From NCBI GenBank assembly GCA_977020255.1, contig CDROCS010005168.1, positions 1 to 64,000 on the forward strand: DNA of 64,000 nt, read 5' to 3'. Source of the stretch: Obrimoposthia wandeli (lineage: Eukaryota). Below, in pieces: positions 61,409-64,000 of the stretch. A model generated the notes under the pieces. The model was given only the letters and a program-made list of their open reading frames with translations. It had not been told where the DNA came from and searched no databases. The translations under genes and the position numbers were made by a program. Position 1 is the stretch's first letter. Each line of letters starts with the position of its first letter.

Positions 61409-62404
61409 TTATTTATTGCGCGTAGCGGTTAGTTCGTTGTTCGTTTGATCTATGATCCAGAGCTTAAAGTTGTGTAGGGCTGATTTATGAAGGGTACTGT
61501 TATGTTCTGTATTTGCGGCGTAGCTAAGGTAGTGAAGCTTATCTTTTAAGCGAGTTTCAAAATCACCGATGCGTACTAGCTTACCTTCATCTAGTAAAGG
61601 GGCGATTAAGTGCTGCCAGCCTAGGCAAATACCTTGATGCTTGAGCGCCATTTTAACCAGCATATTATAGTCGTTTGAATTTGCCATTTGGCAATTTTCA
61701 GCTTCTAGTGCGGTTAAGTCATTCCCTTGCAGTGCAAACCAAACCCCCCAATCGACGTGCTCTGCAACTTGCGAACGCCCATAAGGGCTTAAGTTTAAAA
61801 GGGTTGCTCGCTTTAGTGCTGGTATGTTCGTTAGCTGTGGATTTCGCGCTAAATACTGAGGTGAACACACTGGATAGATCAAATCGTAAAAAAGCGCTTG
61901 GCTATGGTAGCCTTCACGCGGGTCGCTATTTTTGTTGATGTAAACGTCGGGTTTAACGCTGGATTCGATTTGTAGAAAGCTGTTGGTGGTAACTAAATTG
62001 ACATCGACATTGGGGTGAGCGGTAATAAACTCAGGGAGTCGATCTGTGAGCCAAAAGGTAGCGAAAGCAGGCGTGCAGCAAATAGATAGCTGTTGGCGAG
62101 TCGCATTATGATTTTGAATGCGCTGGGCAGCTTGCGCAATATTTACAAACGATAAGTAGCAAGCATCAAACAGAATTCTGCCTGCGGGCGTTAGTTCAAC
62201 TGCGCGACCAGTGCGGTAAAATAGTTTCACTTGTAGCGCGCTTTCTAGTTCTCGTATTTGACGGCTAATAGCGGCCTGAGTGACACATAGAGCTTGTGCC
62301 GCACGTGTGAAATTTTGATACTTTGCTGCCGCCACAAAAGATTTGATCGCTTTGAGGGAAGGCATGTTAACGAGCAGCTGATCAGGATCTATAGGCTTAG
62401 CCAT
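61409..62404 (-). CDS. LysR family regulator (GcvA-like)
   Basis: NFTRAAQALCVTQAAISRQIRELE. Confidence 0.92.
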   Translation of the reverse strand: MAKPIDPDQLLVNMPSLKAIKSFVAAAKYQNFTRAAQALCVTQAAISRQIRELESALQVKLFYRTGRAVELTPAGRILFDACYLSFVNIAQAAQRIQNHNATRQQLSICCTPAFATFWLTDRLPEFITAHPNVDVNLVTTNSFLQIESSVKPDVYINKNSDPREGYHSQALFYDLIYPVCSPQYLARNPQLTNIPALKRATLLNLSPYGRSQVAEHVDWGVWFALQGNDLTALEAENCQMANSNDYNMLVKMALKHQGICLGWQHLIAPLLDEGKLVRIGDFETRLKDKLHYLSYAANTEHNSTLHKSALHNFKLWIIDQTNNELTATRNK

Positions 62405-62546
62405 AACTTAAGGTAATCTTAAAGAATAAAACGATACTTTACCTAAGCGCTGCTGGAAAAGAAAGTTGAGTGGATAATTGAGCTAAACACTAAAAGTAGT
62501 CGGCGGCTGCGTAAGAGTAGATATCATGATTGTCTCAAAATAACAT

Positions 62547-63095
62547 TTACTGTTTTAATGCTTCGCTCAACTCTTGATAGATACCACTGTATTGTTGTGA
62601 ATCAAATTCATGGAACATGGCATCTGTTTTCAGCCAGGTTCTTTTAGCGATTTTTTGCCAATCATCGGGCGTAGCCGTTTGCTCAATTAAGGGAAAAAGC
62701 TGCCCTTCTTCGAAGTTGATGTGTTGCTTTTCAATACTCAAGAAATCTTCAAAGGCTGTTAATATTTGCTCTAAAGGTAGCATGTCGTCTAGCAAGGTTG
62801 CACTGATTGGATTTAATATCTGCTCAGTTTTCTGTTTTAGTATGCGATGTTCTCGCTCGCATTGGTTGATTAAACCAGTGAGTTTTTCATCTTTATTGAT
62901 GAAGTAACTATAGAGAATATCTTCTAGAGGATGATGATACAGATCGGCGTAATGGCCTAGATATTCGATTGCTTCAGCCATTAGCTTTAGATCGGGAGTC
63001 ATGCCCTCGCGAATTTGCGCTAAGTTCTGCTCAAGCACTGTGAGTAATTTGCTCATGTTTATATGGTCTTGATGCAAAGTCTTTAATATAGTCAT
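62547..63095 (-). CDS. hemerythrin domain protein
   Basis: LHQDH, YHHPLED, EREH, HINFEE..LFP; probable start MTILKT at 63095. Confidence 0.88.
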   Translation of the reverse strand: MTILKTLHQDHINMSKLLTVLEQNLAQIREGMTPDLKLMAEAIEYLGHYADLYHHPLEDILYSYFINKDEKLTGLINQCEREHRILKQKTEQILNPISATLLDDMLPLEQILTAFEDFLSIEKQHINFEEGQLFPLIEQTATPDDWQKIAKRTWLKTDAMFHEFDSQQYSGIYQELSEALKQ

Positions 63096-63184
63096 ATAGT
63101 ATTCTTCCATATTATAGGGCGAATAGCGCAAGTAAACGGCGCAAGCAATCAACTTAAGACTAACCCAACTGGGCCGACCGTTTT

Positions 63185-63198
63185 ATGATTTGCATCAA
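63185..63198. promoter_or_regulatory. FNR-like box upstream of the hemerythrin gene
   Basis: Minus strand TTGAT-GCAA-ATCAT, one mismatch to TTGAT-N4-ATCAA. Confidence 0.45.
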
Positions 63199-63437
63199 GA
63201 TAAGTGATGTTTAGCGTGACTTCAGCAATAGAACGAGACCTTTGCATAACGTAACGATTGATATTTAGACAAGGCAAAAACCGCTGAAATTGCACCGTCA
63301 GTGTGCCCGGCTTATGGGCACTACTGGTGTCAATGGGCCTACTGAGCTGATTTTTAATGTTGTATTATTGAGCGCAATCGCTATGTAGAGGCCCGAGAAT
63401 AGTAAAAGAAAAAAGTATAGCTGCTGCAAGTAGTCTG

Positions 63438-64000
63438 CTAACTGGGCAAATATTCTTTACTCCAGCTTGTAGCCACAATGTTCTGCGCGATCATTGAATC
63501 GATTTCAGCAGTTGAATAGTTAATACTTGTCAATATCTCACGGGTTGAGTGGCCAAAAGCTTCAGCGGGTGATACTCCTTTTATAGAGGATTCGCTGGGG
63601 CGAATTGCGCAATGGTCAATGTGTGTTACACAATGCCCGCTGGGGTGATTAGGGTGAATAGAGAAAGCGTAGCTACCATTAGCAGTGTCAGCTTTGCCAC
63701 CGGCAACTCGGCTGTATTGCTTACGTAAATGCTCGATCGATAGTGGTTCTGCAGCTGCTATATCAGCACGGTGAAATTTATCGATCCAATACTGAGTAGG
63801 TGCTTTTTTTAAAGCGATTTTTAAAAATGCGCTGATGTCAGAGGTTTGTGCAATACCTTGTAATGCTTCAACACCATTGAGTTTAGCTAACTCGTAATGG
63901 TTACTATCAAGAAATATCCAGCCATCAGCACTTTGATAAAAATGTGATAATGCGTGGTTTCCTAAGACACCCGGCCCCGATACTTCATCAAAAGGGGCTC
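63438..64000 (-). CDS. dddD: 3' end of a second DddD-type CoA-transferase (partial, enters from the right edge)
   Basis: Hand translation: APFDEVSG..VLGNHALSHFYQ...AEPLSIEHLR...GSYAFSIHPNHPSGHCVT...SWSKEYLPS* (TAG at 63438-63440), homologous to the C-terminus of 27130-29655; missing from the ORF track. Confidence 0.85.
   Translation of the reverse strand, partial: APFDEVSGPGVLGNHALSHFYQSADGWIFLDSNHYELAKLNGVEALQGIAQTSDISAFLKIALKKAPTQYWIDKFHRADIAAAEPLSIEHLRKQYSRVAGGKADTANGSYAFSIHPNHPSGHCVTHIDHCAIRPSESSIKGVSPAEAFGHSTREILTSINYSTAEIDSMIAQNIVATSWSKEYLPS

Noticed and set aside
3246-62907. Many 60-150 aa ORFs antisense to or nested in well-supported genes (for example 4543-4800, 7649-8089, 10521-10895, 21027-21431, 35607-36026, 48655-49110, 54395-54730)
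   Set aside because: Shadow ORFs with no motifs or RBS, lying on the opposite strand of conserved genes
1-64000. CRISPR arrays, tRNA/rRNA genes, prophage, intact IS elements
   Set aside because: No spaced direct-repeat array, cloverleaf, rRNA-like segment, phage gene or intact transposase was seen by eye

Overview
About 64 kb of AT-rich chromosomal DNA from a marine gammaproteobacterium (Psychromonas-like; the taxonomy is inferred from gene content). No rRNA, tRNA or CRISPR array was seen. The window contains: (1) a syp-like exopolysaccharide system split into two loci (1-6489 and 32917-38891). It has three sigma54 promoters sharing a TTCGCA-N3-TG enhancer motif, a sigma54 response regulator, and a Wzx flippase reading in frame into a GT2 glycosyltransferase. 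(2) An atcJABC-like J-domain cold-adaptation operon. (3) An assimilatory nitrate/nitrite cluster (nasA / nirBD-narK-PP2C/kinase) with divergent sigma54 promoters, followed by IS5 and urea-transporter relics. (4) A secreted AHL-lactonase-family protein. (5) Two dddD-type DMSP CoA-transferase/lyase paralogs, one complete and one cut by the right edge. (6) An uncharacterised LysR-linked catabolic operon (class III aminotransferase, 3-oxoacid CoA-transferase AB, M20 deacylase, thiolase). (7) A divergent Qnr-like pentapeptide-repeat protein. (8) Many regulator/transporter/detoxification pairs. Family calls come from motif recognition and recalled reference sequences; no database searches were run.
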